This document shows, one piece after another, positions 37,486-48,000 of a stretch of DNA of 64,000 bases. Made by a program: the position numbers and the translations under genes. Source of the stretch: Bdellovibrionota bacterium (GTDB lineage Bacteria > Bdellovibrionota_G > JALEGL01 > JAGRMV01); assembly GCA_041391365.1 (NCBI GenBank), contig JAWKOC010000004.1:82804-146803 (forward strand). Direction: 5' to 3'. Within the stretch, counting starts at the first letter, position 1; every line of letters starts with the position of its first letter. The notes under the pieces are model-generated. The model had not been told where the DNA came from. It searched no databases and saw nothing but the letters and a program-made list of their open reading frames with translations.

Positions 37486-40269
37486 ATGAAAAATGCACTA
37501 GTTAGGCTCCAGGGGAAAACATTGAAAAAGATACAGCATGGATTTTTGATTTTATTGGCACTCACGTATGCCTTACCTCTTTGGGCTAGAGCCAACGTGG
37601 AATTCTATCCAAAAGAGAGTTTCACTCTATTTGAGCAGGAGTACTTTCACGGATTGGTCGAAACCTTAGATGATATTGGTTTGGCTTTTAAAACAGTGGA
37701 ATTCAGCAAACCTTTGAATTTTTCTCAAAAATACCCGCATCAGTTGTTGGTCGTGCAAAAGGAAAAGCCGTTGTTTTCCTTCTTGGGGAGAGAATCACTT
37801 GTAATAGAGCTATCACCTGAAAGTCAATTTGAAATCTTTCGCAATCGAAATGAGCCTTTTTCGCATGTTTTGGAATTTATTTTGCTCAAGGAATTGTTGC
37901 TGGCTGATCACTGGAAACAACTGATTCAAGACCGTTTTGGAATTAAGGTTTCCGAAAAACAACCTGGTGAACATTTGTCTGAATTTCAATTTACTGAATT
38001 TACAACAAATCAGTTGTATCGAATTTACAAAGCCCTTCGAAATATCGATCTTTATAACATGGTGAAAAACTCTGAGATCCATAGCATTATGAGAGATGTT
38101 CAAAATCAAGTTCGCACCAAAACTCGATATGCAGCAGCTATCTCGAGTGGACATCACATTGTTATTGGTTCAGCTCTCGGTAGAGACGGTGGATTGGATG
38201 GTTTTGAGAGTACAATCTATCATGAGATGGGACATCAGATCTGGCATCACTTTTTGTCAGGTGATCAACGAATAGAATATCTGAAACTGAGTTGGAAATT
38301 GATTGAAAATCAAGGTGGTGGCCAAAGTTGGGAGGCATACAACACGCAGTTTATTTCTGAATACTCTACTACAAAAGAGTGCTCTCATATGCTTGCTCTT
38401 GTGGATTCCTCTGACACAGATTCTGAGAAAATCAGGAAAGAGGTATGCTTGCAACCCGCAGAGGATTTTGCAGAGCACTTCAGCGCGTTTTTTATTGCTC
38501 CTTGGGATCTATACAATAGAGCGAAAGATAAGTTTGATTTTCTTTCACGCATGTATGGAAAAATGTTGGTGTATCGACAAGGTCTAGCGACATTAACAAC
38601 AGATATCACCACGGGAATTGAATTCTGGTCAACGCCGAAGTTGGGTAGTTTTACATGGAGCCAGTCAATCATTGATCAAACGGTGACATATGAGACCTTG
38701 AGTATTTCCAAAATGCAATTGCGGAGCAAGACGATTGCTCAGATGAAAGAGATTTATGAGGAGTATCATCGATTGAATCAGGAGACTGTCGTTGCCATAA
38801 GTGACAGAGCGAGGAGTGACTTCGAAAGCTACATTGAAACAGAAATTGATTATCTTTTCGATACGGAAAACTGTAAACCAGAGAACAGAGAAAAACTGAT
38901 AGACGAACTATACGATGAAATTAGCACGCAATTCAATCCTATGAATCTTGATCGAATGGAATACGCATATGCATTTTCGCTGCAAGAACAAAGAAAAAGC
39001 CAAGGAAATTTTGTTTCTACTCTTGAGTTGTCCTGGGAAAACAAAGAGATTCTCCCTTCCTCTCAGGTTATGGAAGGAATAGACCACAGATTCAATCCAA
39101 AAAATAGCGACTTTCATGAGAGTGGAGAGTCTGAGCATGGCAATGCCCTGTCTAGCTCTGGAAAGCTTAGCCTTACGAGGATTGTGAAACCAGACAATGA
39201 GAATGGAAAATTGTACAGGGGTGAAAACATGATTTCATCTTTGACGGTTCAAGATGTCGTTAACAATAAAACTGTATATCCTGAAGACCTACTTCGGAGT
39301 ATGCTCCCACAAAGTCATGATCTTTCTTTTGAGCTTTTGGATCCAAGATATATCGTATACCCTAAGGAGAAAATCACTGCGTATGAATATTACCAGGTTT
39401 CGGAGACTACACTTCCAAGTCGTGCTGTAAAAGAGTTTACTGTGGAAGAAGTATTTTTCCAAGATCCTGAATATCAAGCCAATGTTCATAGAGTACGTAT
39501 TGACCGCAGACATCACGAAAAAATTCATTCCCTCCGCCTGTATTTTGATTTTCCAGACTGCAAATATAAAGACGATAGTGTGGTAAGAATTGATAAATTT
39601 CTTTCAAAGCCTGGGGATGAATACATGGAATTCTATGTGTACTTTCCCTTGGAATTGTATGCATGTACAAACCTTGTATTGGAGAAGGTAGGAGCGGAAT
39701 TCTATAACCCCGATCCAGAACGATATGAGATGGAGGAGGACCTGGTGAAGTTTGATCTGGAAGGAGGATTTTCGCTGATCAATGTGGGAGAAACAAAAGT
39801 TTATGGAAATGTGTCGGATCTTTCGGACCGTGTGAAGATAAAAAATGTATTTGAAGCTGATGGACAAATCGAAGTTCTCGGTCAAGGAGATTTTTTGCCT
39901 CAACTCAAATCCAAATTTTCAATTCCCATTCAAGGCTGGGAAGGCAAAGAAACGATTGAATTGGAGGTGGAATTGGAAGGCCCCGGTTCTCGCAATATCT
40001 CGATTTCTCAAACTTTCGACAGGAAAAAAATTGAAGAAGCTCCAACCATCATGGTGGGAGGGCAGAAAATAAAATTATTTGATCTAGAAGTCGGAGAACT
40101 AGTCTTGAACAATGGAAAGTATTTTATATCATCTGTAAAAGTAACGTCTCAAATTAGTGCAGATTCAACCTTAAATGCCGAAAGAAGATCTAGGCTAGAT
40201 CATGACGAATTCACAAAAACCAGATTTGCCCCCAATCCAGAAATGATTCATATCCAAGGTAAGGAATGA
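37486..40269 (+). CDS. Large secreted hypothetical protein with HExxH zinc-metallopeptidase motif
   Basis: 927-aa ORF with the signal peptide FLILLALTYALPLWARA. HEMGH lies at 38221-38235 (TIYHEMGHQIWHHF) and a downstream AEDFAEHF lies at 38458-38481, a gluzincin-like arrangement. The gene is markedly AT-rich and is inserted between truB and rpsO. Confidence 0.7.
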   Translation: MKNALVRLQGKTLKKIQHGFLILLALTYALPLWARANVEFYPKESFTLFEQEYFHGLVETLDDIGLAFKTVEFSKPLNFSQKYPHQLLVVQKEKPLFSFLGRESLVIELSPESQFEIFRNRNEPFSHVLEFILLKELLLADHWKQLIQDRFGIKVSEKQPGEHLSEFQFTEFTTNQLYRIYKALRNIDLYNMVKNSEIHSIMRDVQNQVRTKTRYAAAISSGHHIVIGSALGRDGGLDGFESTIYHEMGHQIWHHFLSGDQRIEYLKLSWKLIENQGGGQSWEAYNTQFISEYSTTKECSHMLALVDSSDTDSEKIRKEVCLQPAEDFAEHFSAFFIAPWDLYNRAKDKFDFLSRMYGKMLVYRQGLATLTTDITTGIEFWSTPKLGSFTWSQSIIDQTVTYETLSISKMQLRSKTIAQMKEIYEEYHRLNQETVVAISDRARSDFESYIETEIDYLFDTENCKPENREKLIDELYDEISTQFNPMNLDRMEYAYAFSLQEQRKSQGNFVSTLELSWENKEILPSSQVMEGIDHRFNPKNSDFHESGESEHGNALSSSGKLSLTRIVKPDNENGKLYRGENMISSLTVQDVVNNKTVYPEDLLRSMLPQSHDLSFELLDPRYIVYPKEKITAYEYYQVSETTLPSRAVKEFTVEEVFFQDPEYQANVHRVRIDRRHHEKIHSLRLYFDFPDCKYKDDSVVRIDKFLSKPGDEYMEFYVYFPLELYACTNLVLEKVGAEFYNPDPERYEMEEDLVKFDLEGGFSLINVGETKVYGNVSDLSDRVKIKNVFEADGQIEVLGQGDFLPQLKSKFSIPIQGWEGKETIELEVELEGPGSRNISISQTFDRKKIEEAPTIMVGGQKIKLFDLEVGELVLNNGKYFISSVKVTSQISADSTLNAERRSRLDHDEFTKTRFAPNPEMIHIQGKE

Positions 40270-40462
40270 TTTGGTCTAGACTGGAACCCCTTTCTTTTAA
40301 TGAATCTGATAGAGTTGTCACGTGTATTTTTTTGTAATCCGACGTAACAGATCTTATCGATGCATGAGTAATTTCACGTTGATTTTGCTCAATAGATATG
40401 TCATAACAGGCCTACTATAAACGAAAATAAATATAAGTTATTGTTTTTAAAAGGAAAAACAC

Positions 40463-40720
40463 GTGGAAGCCAAATCAAAATGGATTGAAAAATTTCAGAA
40501 ACACGACAAAGATACCGGTTCACCCGAAGTCCAAGTGGCTCTTTTGACCGATCGAATCAATCATCTGACCAAACATTGCAACGAGCATAAAAAAGATTTT
40601 CATACTCGTCAGGGTTTGCTCAAAATGGTCGGTGCTCGACGTAGACATCTCGACTATCTGAAGAAAATTGACATCTCCCGATACCAAGGGCTGATTCAAG
40701 AGCTTGGCTTGCGAAAATAG
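40463..40720 (+). CDS. rpsO: 30S ribosomal protein S15
   Basis: 85-aa ORF (GTG start) with [20 protein letters not shown]...[20 protein letters not shown]. Confidence 0.95.
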   Translation: MEAKSKWIEKFQKHDKDTGSPEVQVALLTDRINHLTKHCNEHKKDFHTRQGLLKMVGARRRHLDYLKKIDISRYQGLIQELGLRK

Positions 40721-40818
40721 TTTCGCCAACAGCAAAGGTTATTCCCATTTTTAGCTCACTACTTTCCTCTCTGGGGTTGAAAAACTCATCCTCAGTGCAT
40801 TCTCAAAAGGATAAGAAT

Positions 40819-43053
40819 ATGAAAAAAGTAAGTATCGAATTTCACGGTCGTACTTTGTCCATTGAAACTGGACGTATGGCCAAACAAGCCAATGGAGCCG
40901 TATGGATCCAATATGGCGAAACTGCACTGCTCACAACAGCAGTGACAGGAAAGTCCAATCGAGAGGACATTGATTTTTTTCCTCTCTCCGTAGACTACCA
41001 AGAAAAGTTTGCCTCCGCGGGAAAAATCCCTGGTGGTTTTTTCAAGCGAGAAGGACGTCAATCGGAGCGAGAAATTTTGATTTCTCGTTTGACCGATCGG
41101 CCCATTCGCCCTTTGTTTCCCAAAGGGTTTCAACGAGAAACCCAAGTCATCTCGACGGTTTTTTCATTTGATAAAACCAACGAGTCGGATGTGCTCTCTG
41201 TGCTAGGTGCTTCGGCAGCTTTGCACATTTCGGACATTCCATTTTTGGGACCCATTGCAGCTGTTCGTGTGGGACGTATTCAAGGACAATTGATCTGCAA
41301 CCCCACGATCGAGCAGATGGAAACATCAGATCTCGACATGACGGTGGCTGCATCCAAAGATGCGATTGTGATGGTGGAAGGGGAAGCTGCGCAGTTACCC
41401 GAATCTGAAGTGTTGAAAGCGCTTCAATTTGCACACCAAAGCATTCAACCTCTGTTGCAGCTCCAAGAAGAGCTTCGCAAAGCCTTGGGCAAAGAAAAGA
41501 TTCAAATTTCCGAGACGGAAAAAACCATGAGCGAGTTTGAGACCTTGGTTCGAGAAAAAGCCATCGGTCACATTCGTCAAGCTTTTGCAGTGACCGAAAA
41601 AATTGCTCGGTACAAACAAATTGATGAATTTCAGAATCAAATGATCGAAGAGTTCAAAGCTCAGAGTGAAGACTACGCCAATTGTGGAAAACAATTGAAA
41701 AGTATCGTTCACGATATGATCAGCGAAGAAATCCGAAGAGGCATTGTGCAAGAAAACAAGCGCATGGATCTTCGAAGTCCTGAGACGATCCGACACATCA
41801 CTTCTGAAGTGGGTGTTTTGCCGCGAGCTCATGGATCTTCATTGTTTACGCGAGGTGAAACCCAGGCTCTGGTGACAGCGACCTTGGGAACTTCGGATGA
41901 TGAGCAGCGCATGGACTCGCTCATGGGAGAAAGTTCTCGAAGATTTATGCTTCACTATAATTTTCCTGCATTTTCTGTGGGTGAAGTGAAGCCCATGAGA
42001 GGTCCTGCTCGTCGAGAAATTGGCCACGGAGTTTTGGCTCACAAGGCTTTGATGCAAGTGGTTCCCACCAAAGAAGAGTTTCCGTACACCATGCGTGTGG
42101 TTTCCGATGTTTTGGAATCTCATGGATCCTCTTCGATGGCCACCGTATGTGGAGCCAGTTTGGCTCTGATGGACGCGGGGGTCCCACTGAAAGCTCCTGT
42201 TGCAGGAATTGCAATGGGCTTGATCAAAGAAGGTGATAAGTTCTTTGTTCTCTCCGACATCACTGGAGATGAAGACCATGTCGGCGATATGGATTTTAAA
42301 GTGGCTGGAACCAAAGATGGTGTGACGGCTGTTCAAATGGACATCAAAGTTACAGGTATTGGTTGGGACGTGGTGGAAAAAGCCCTGAACCAAGCCAAAG
42401 AAGGACGTCTTCATATTTTGGGCAAAATGAGTGAAGCCCTTCCTGCAACCCGAGGACAGTTGTCCAAACATGCTCCTCGATTGGAAAGCTTCCAAATTGC
42501 CAAAGATAAAATTCGTGAAGTGATCGGAACCGGTGGAAAAGTGATTCGTGGAATCATCGAAGAGACCGGAGCCAAAGTTGAAATCAACGACGATGGCATT
42601 GTGACGGTAGCTTCGGAAAATGGAGATTCATTGGCCAAAGCGGTAGCCATGATCCAGGACATCATTGCGGAAGCAGAAATTGGAAAAACATACACAGGAA
42701 AAGTTGTTCGCATCGAAGCCTATGGAGCGTTTGTTCAGATTCTTCCTGGAAAAGACGGTCTTCTTCACGTGAGTGAATTTGATTCAGATGAACGTGTAGA
42801 AGATGTGAATGAGTTTTTCTCCGAAGGCGATGAAGTCGAAGTTCGCGTTGTGGGCATCGATGGACAAGGTAAAATCAAGCTTTCTCAGAAAGACGATGAG
42901 ACACGAAAAGAATTGGGACTGGACCAAAACCGTTCCAGAGGTGGAGATCGAGGCCGTGGAGGTCGTGGAAACGACCGAGGCCGAGGCAACGATCGTTCTT
43001 CATCCAGACGCCCTCGCTTTGATCGGGACCGCAACCGCGATCGTGATCGATAG
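40819..43053 (+). CDS. pnp: Polyribonucleotide nucleotidyltransferase (PNPase) with an unusual Arg/Gly/Asp-rich C-terminal tail
   Basis: ORF 40777..43053, with the likely start MKKVSIEFHGRTLSIETGRMAKQANGAV at 40819. Two RNase PH domains, a KH domain and an S1 domain are recognisable. It has a 41-aa tail NRSRGGDRGRGGRGNDRGRGNDRSSSRRPRFDRDRNRDRDR. Confidence 0.95.
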   Translation: MKKVSIEFHGRTLSIETGRMAKQANGAVWIQYGETALLTTAVTGKSNREDIDFFPLSVDYQEKFASAGKIPGGFFKREGRQSEREILISRLTDRPIRPLFPKGFQRETQVISTVFSFDKTNESDVLSVLGASAALHISDIPFLGPIAAVRVGRIQGQLICNPTIEQMETSDLDMTVAASKDAIVMVEGEAAQLPESEVLKALQFAHQSIQPLLQLQEELRKALGKEKIQISETEKTMSEFETLVREKAIGHIRQAFAVTEKIARYKQIDEFQNQMIEEFKAQSEDYANCGKQLKSIVHDMISEEIRRGIVQENKRMDLRSPETIRHITSEVGVLPRAHGSSLFTRGETQALVTATLGTSDDEQRMDSLMGESSRRFMLHYNFPAFSVGEVKPMRGPARREIGHGVLAHKALMQVVPTKEEFPYTMRVVSDVLESHGSSSMATVCGASLALMDAGVPLKAPVAGIAMGLIKEGDKFFVLSDITGDEDHVGDMDFKVAGTKDGVTAVQMDIKVTGIGWDVVEKALNQAKEGRLHILGKMSEALPATRGQLSKHAPRLESFQIAKDKIREVIGTGGKVIRGIIEETGAKVEINDDGIVTVASENGDSLAKAVAMIQDIIAEAEIGKTYTGKVVRIEAYGAFVQILPGKDGLLHVSEFDSDERVEDVNEFFSEGDEVEVRVVGIDGQGKIKLSQKDDETRKELGLDQNRSRGGDRGRGGRGNDRGRGNDRSSSRRPRFDRDRNRDRDR

Positions 43054-43080
43054 AGGTTAACCTCACATCGTGCAATCTTG

Positions 43081-43119
43081 ATCGGATCCGAACAGTCTCT
43101 GTTCGGATCCGATTTTTTT
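43081..43119 (+). terminator. Rho-independent terminator of pnp
   Basis: ATCGGATCCGAACAG-TCT-CTGTTCGGATCCGAT forms a perfect 15-bp stem, followed by TTTTTT. Confidence 0.85.
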
Positions 43120-43222
43120 GTTTTCAGATGAGCTTACTTTCATCACTTCTTTGTTCAATCTTCTGTTGACACGAGGTATCCAGTGCTATAGCGTCATTTT
43201 GGTAGACAACCTGGAGGTCGTG

Positions 43223-43639
43223 ATGGGTAAATATCTTTTTGTTTTTATTGTGTTTTTTTCTTTTGGTGCGATGGCGCAACAAGGTCATATTTCCTCTGCC
43301 ACAGCAGTGAGTGGATCTAGAATTCCAGCTTTTCACCCAACATGGATGCTCGAGACAGGAGATGTGTTGGAAGGTAGCTCGTCAGATCTGATGGTATGTG
43401 AGGCAGCGATCTATGTGGATGTTGATCCGAATCATCGGGCGAAATTTGATTGTTATCGTGTAGAAGTTGAAGAGGCGGTTCCAGCCATCTTTTGCAATCC
43501 CAAAAGTGTGATTTACGTCTCAGAGATGCCTGGAGAAGTTTTTCCAAAAGAAATTGATCTTTCGAAGTTTGTCAAAACGGGCAAGGCTTACAAAGGAATG
43601 GTTCAGGTATTTCTTCCGATCACGAACTCAAATTTATAG
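43223..43639 (+). CDS. Hypothetical small secreted protein
   Basis: An internal ATG of track ORF 43118..43639 gives MGKYLFVFIVFFSFGAMAQQ, a Sec signal peptide. There are four Cys residues and no recognisable family. Confidence 0.55.
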   Translation: MGKYLFVFIVFFSFGAMAQQGHISSATAVSGSRIPAFHPTWMLETGDVLEGSSSDLMVCEAAIYVDVDPNHRAKFDCYRVEVEEAVPAIFCNPKSVIYVSEMPGEVFPKEIDLSKFVKTGKAYKGMVQVFLPITNSNL

Positions 43640-43659
43640 CTATATTTTTTTTGAGTGAG

Positions 43660-44979
43660 TTATCTTACTTCGAACTCAACGCGTCTGTTCATGAGTCTTC
43701 CCTCTGGGGTTTCGTTATCATGAATCGGCCTCGATTCTCCATAATATTCCACCTGCAGTCGTGAAGGATCTACTCCAAGTTCTCTCAAAAAGTGGGCTAC
43801 GTTTTCGGCTCGTTTTTTGGAAAGAATCATGTTGTAAGTGTCCGATCCAAGAGAGTCTGTGTGACCGATCACTGCGACGGATTCAATGGATGGATTCTCC
43901 TCCAAAATCGCTTTGACTTCCTGAAGTGTTTTGGCAAAGATTTCTTGCCAAGATGGATGATCAAGGTCGAAATACACCGTAGGAAAAGTTGGAGGAGTTG
44001 CAGCTGCAGTGGCCACGGACTCTGGTATCGCAGGTTCTTGGGATCTTGCAGGCGGAGAAGGGTTCTTTTTGTGTCGCCCTGGAATGTATCCTACACCCGC
44101 GAAAAGGCGATAGTCGGGAGCTCCATATCCGTTGTTGAGTCCACGACCTGCACCCACGGTAAACATCCATGGTTTGTCCACGAATCTTTTTTTCAGCCCC
44201 AGGACAACCTCATAGGGGCTTGTGGATTCATCTGAGTAAAAGTTTTTGAACATGGTGAATCCAAAAAGTTCTCCATAGATTTCATAGCGGTTTGAAAACA
44301 ATGTGTGGCTGTATCCTACAGATGTTTTGAGAGATGATCCGATCTTTAGGTTGAGCAATGTTTCGTTTTCTCGAATGTGGGGAGCCACAGAAAAAGATAC
44401 TCGACCATTTTGAAAAACATTGCGGCTGGCAGTGATTGCCAGACCTCCGGCGACATTCGACTCTCCAAAAAAATCTTTTTGTGTCCCCGAAGGAATCAAC
44501 ACGAAAGGTGCCACGGTCAATGCCCACTGCGAAACCCCATTTTGATCTGTATAGCTTCGTAGAAGATATGAGGCTTGAAGAAGCAAATCACCTACACTCT
44601 GGGAGGCAGTGCTGGAAGAGCTTTGAGGGGGTTCAATGTCGCTGAGAAAGTTCAATGGAAGGTCTGCCGAGAGCACCCACCGAGATGATGGGCGGTACGA
44701 TAGTTGAAGATTAAACGTGAGAAAAGAGTTGACCAGATCATCCACTTTTTTGTCTGATCCGATGATTTCAAACTCCAGAGGATTTTGAACGTAGTTTGCT
44801 GTGAGTCCAAACACCCATGGCGGAAGATTGGATTCAGTGCTTTGAGGAGTTGAAAAAAACCGATCGTACTGAACTTTTGGACGAAACAACTGAACATCAA
44901 AGGCGTGAATCCGAGATGGAAGGAAAAAGCTTAGGAGTGCAGCAAGCAAGATCAGTGGGTTTCTTGTCAGACATTTCAT
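43660..44979 (-). CDS. Outer-membrane protein with predicted beta-barrel N-terminal part and C-terminal OmpA-like peptidoglycan-binding domain
   Basis: 439-aa ORF with the signal peptide LILLAALLSFFLPSRIHA. The C-terminal region is VYFDLDHPSW...IGHTDSLGSDTYNMILSKKRAENV...NRRVEFEV. Confidence 0.8.
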   Translation of the reverse strand: MKCLTRNPLILLAALLSFFLPSRIHAFDVQLFRPKVQYDRFFSTPQSTESNLPPWVFGLTANYVQNPLEFEIIGSDKKVDDLVNSFLTFNLQLSYRPSSRWVLSADLPLNFLSDIEPPQSSSSTASQSVGDLLLQASYLLRSYTDQNGVSQWALTVAPFVLIPSGTQKDFFGESNVAGGLAITASRNVFQNGRVSFSVAPHIRENETLLNLKIGSSLKTSVGYSHTLFSNRYEIYGELFGFTMFKNFYSDESTSPYEVVLGLKKRFVDKPWMFTVGAGRGLNNGYGAPDYRLFAGVGYIPGRHKKNPSPPARSQEPAIPESVATAAATPPTFPTVYFDLDHPSWQEIFAKTLQEVKAILEENPSIESVAVIGHTDSLGSDTYNMILSKKRAENVAHFLRELGVDPSRLQVEYYGESRPIHDNETPEGRLMNRRVEFEVR

Positions 44980-45022
44980 AGAGTACTTATGCTAACCGCT
45001 GCATGTGTAGAGATCTATATTT

Positions 45023-48000
45023 TTACGCAAACATTTTTCTTCGAACGGGGATGTACAGTCCAAAGATAAGCAAAAATCTCCAAAGACCTGACCCTGAGCT
45101 GGATTGGCACCCTCCAAACAAACCTTTTTCTGCAGAACCTCCCAAACGAACATCTACTTGATTGGGATTGAGCCCCTTTTCTGATTCTTCTTGATCGTTG
45201 ATTCCATCCCCATCAGAGTCTGTGGTTGATGGTTTGGGAGAAACGAGGGTTTCATCGAGTACAGGGCCATTGTTCGAAGAATTGGAATCTCCCAAGGTGA
45301 GCACTCTAGCATTGGGTTTGAACGTTCCTGGTGTAGGTGTGGATACCCGCAAACTCAACGTAGGAGCATAGGCCAAAGAACCTATGCTTGCGATCAATTG
45401 ACAAGTCAGTTGACCTGCCACATGCAAACAGGTCCAATCGCTTCCTCGAATACGAAACAAAATCCAGTCCAGAAGGAAAAGAAACCGTAACTGTAGTAAG
45501 AGCTGTGGTGGATGCTCCTCCATGGTTGAACACATCGATCGAATAGGTCAGTGTCCCATCTTGAACTCCATTTCCGCTATGAAACATTTGGACGGAAAGA
45601 TCTGGAAATACAATGATGCTGACAAAATTGCTTGCGGAAGCACCAGAAACGTTGTCGGTACCACCGCTTCCTTCTTGGTCGAAGGTAACATCTCCATCAG
45701 AGATGGAGTTGGAGACGGTGGAACCAGTTGCACTGGATTGCACAGAGCAGGTTAGCGTGAGGAGGCACTGGCGGCATTGGCGAGACTGCCAACCGACCAT
45801 GTACCACTGAGTAAGAGCCTGTGGCGGTGGAGCTGGAGATGGAAGAAGTGCCGGAAGGACAGGCATCATTGATGGCGAGGTTGGTGGCGGTTTGCTGACC
45901 AGAGTTGCTTACGCCGATGGTGTAGATGAGGTTGGTTCCAACATTGACCGCACCGGTGGGGCTTACGCTTTTGGTGACGGTCAGAGCGGGAAGAGAGTTG
46001 ACGGAGTTGCTTGCGGAAGCACCGGAAACGTTGTCGGTACCACCACTTCCTTCTTGGTCGAAGGTGACATCTCCATCAGAGATGGAGTTGGAGACGGTGG
46101 AACCAGCTGCACTGGATTGCACAGAGCAGGTTAGCGTGAGGGAAGCACTGGCAGCATTAGGCGAGACTGCCAATCGACCATGTACCACTGGAGTAAGAAC
46201 CTGTGGCGGTGGAGCTGGAGACGGAGGAGGTACCGGGAAGGACAGGCGTCATCGATGGCGAGGTTGGTGGCGGTTTGCTGGACCAGAGTTGCTTACGCCG
46301 ATGGTGTAGATGAGGTTGGTTCCGACATTGACCGCACCGGTGGGGCTTACGCTTTTGGTGATGGTCAGAGCGGGAAGAGAGTTGACGGAGTTGCTTGCGG
46401 AAGCACCGGAAACGTTGTCGGTACCACCACTTCCTTCTTGGTCGAAGGTGACATCTCCATCAGAGATGGAGTTGGAGACGGTGGAACCAGCCGCGCTGGA
46501 TTGCACAGAGCAGGTTAGCGTGAGGGAAGCACTGGCAGCATTGGCGAGACTGCCAACCGACCATGTACCACTGGAGTAAGAACCTGTGGCGGTGGAGCTG
46601 GAGACGGAAGAGGTACCGGAAGGACAGGCGTCATCGATGGCGAGGTTGGTGGCGGTTTGCTGACCAGAGTTGCTTACGCCGATGGTGTAGATGAGGTTGG
46701 TTCCGACATTGACCGCACCGGTGGGGGCTTACGCTTTTGGTGATGGTCAGAGCGGAAGAGAGTTGACGGAGTTTGAAACACTTGCACCGGAAACGTTGTC
46801 GGTACCACCACTTCCTTCTTGGTCGAAGGTGACATCTCCATCAGAGATGGAGTTGGAGACGGTGGAACCAGCTGCGCTGGATTGCACAGAGCAGGTTAGC
46901 GTGAGGGAGACACTGGCGGCATTGGCGAGACTTCCGAGGGACCATGTGCCACTGGAGTAAGAACCTGTGGCGGTGGAGCTGGAGACGGAGGAGGTACCGG
47001 AAGGACAGGCGTCATCGATGGCGAGGTTGGTGGCGGTTTGCTGACCAGAGTTGCTTACGCCGATGGTGTAGATGAGGTTGGTTCCGACATTGACCGCACC
47101 GAGTGGGGCTTACGCTTTTGGTGACGGTCAGAGCGGGAAGAGAGTTGACGGAGTTGCTTGCGGAAGCACTCGGAAACGTTGTCGGTACCACCACTTCCTT
47201 CTTGGTCAGCAGTGACATCTCCATCAGAGATGGAGTTGGAGACGGTGGAACCAGCTGCACTGGATTGCACAGAGCAGGTTAGCGTGAGGGAAGCACTGGC
47301 AGCATTGGCAAGACTTCCGAGGGACCATGTGCCACTGGAGTAAGAACCTGTGGCGGTGGAGCTGGAGACGGAAGAGGTACCGGAAGGACAGGCATCATTG
47401 ATGGCGAGGTTGGTGGCGGTTTGCTGACCAGAGTTGCTTACGCCGATGGTGTAGATGAGGTTGGTTCCAACATTGACCGCACCGGTGGGGCTTACGCTTT
47501 TGGTGACGGTCAGAGCGGGAAGAGAGTTGACGGAGTTTGAAACACTTGCACCGGAAACGTTGTCGGTACCACCACTTCCTTCTTGGTCGAAGGTGACATC
47601 TCCATCAGAGATGGAGTTGGAGACGGTGGAACCAGCTGCACTGGATTGCACAGAGCAGGTTAGCGTGAGGGAAGCACTGGCAGCATTGGCGAGACTGCCA
47701 ACCGACCATGTACCACTGGAGTAAGAACCTGTGGCGGTGGAGCTGGAGACGGAGGAGGTACCGGAAGGACAGGCGTCATCGATGGCGAGGTTGGTGGCGG
47801 TTTGCTGACCAGAGTTGCTTACGCCGATGGTGTAGATGAGGTTGGTTCCGACATTGACCGCACCGGTGGGGCTTACGCTTTTGGTGATGGTCAGAGCGGG
47901 GGGAGTATTTCCAACACTTACTGAGGCACTTGCTGGAACATCATCTGCGGTGGATGCTGTGGTATCAATTTGTTCGCTTCCAACAAAACCGATGGCCTGA

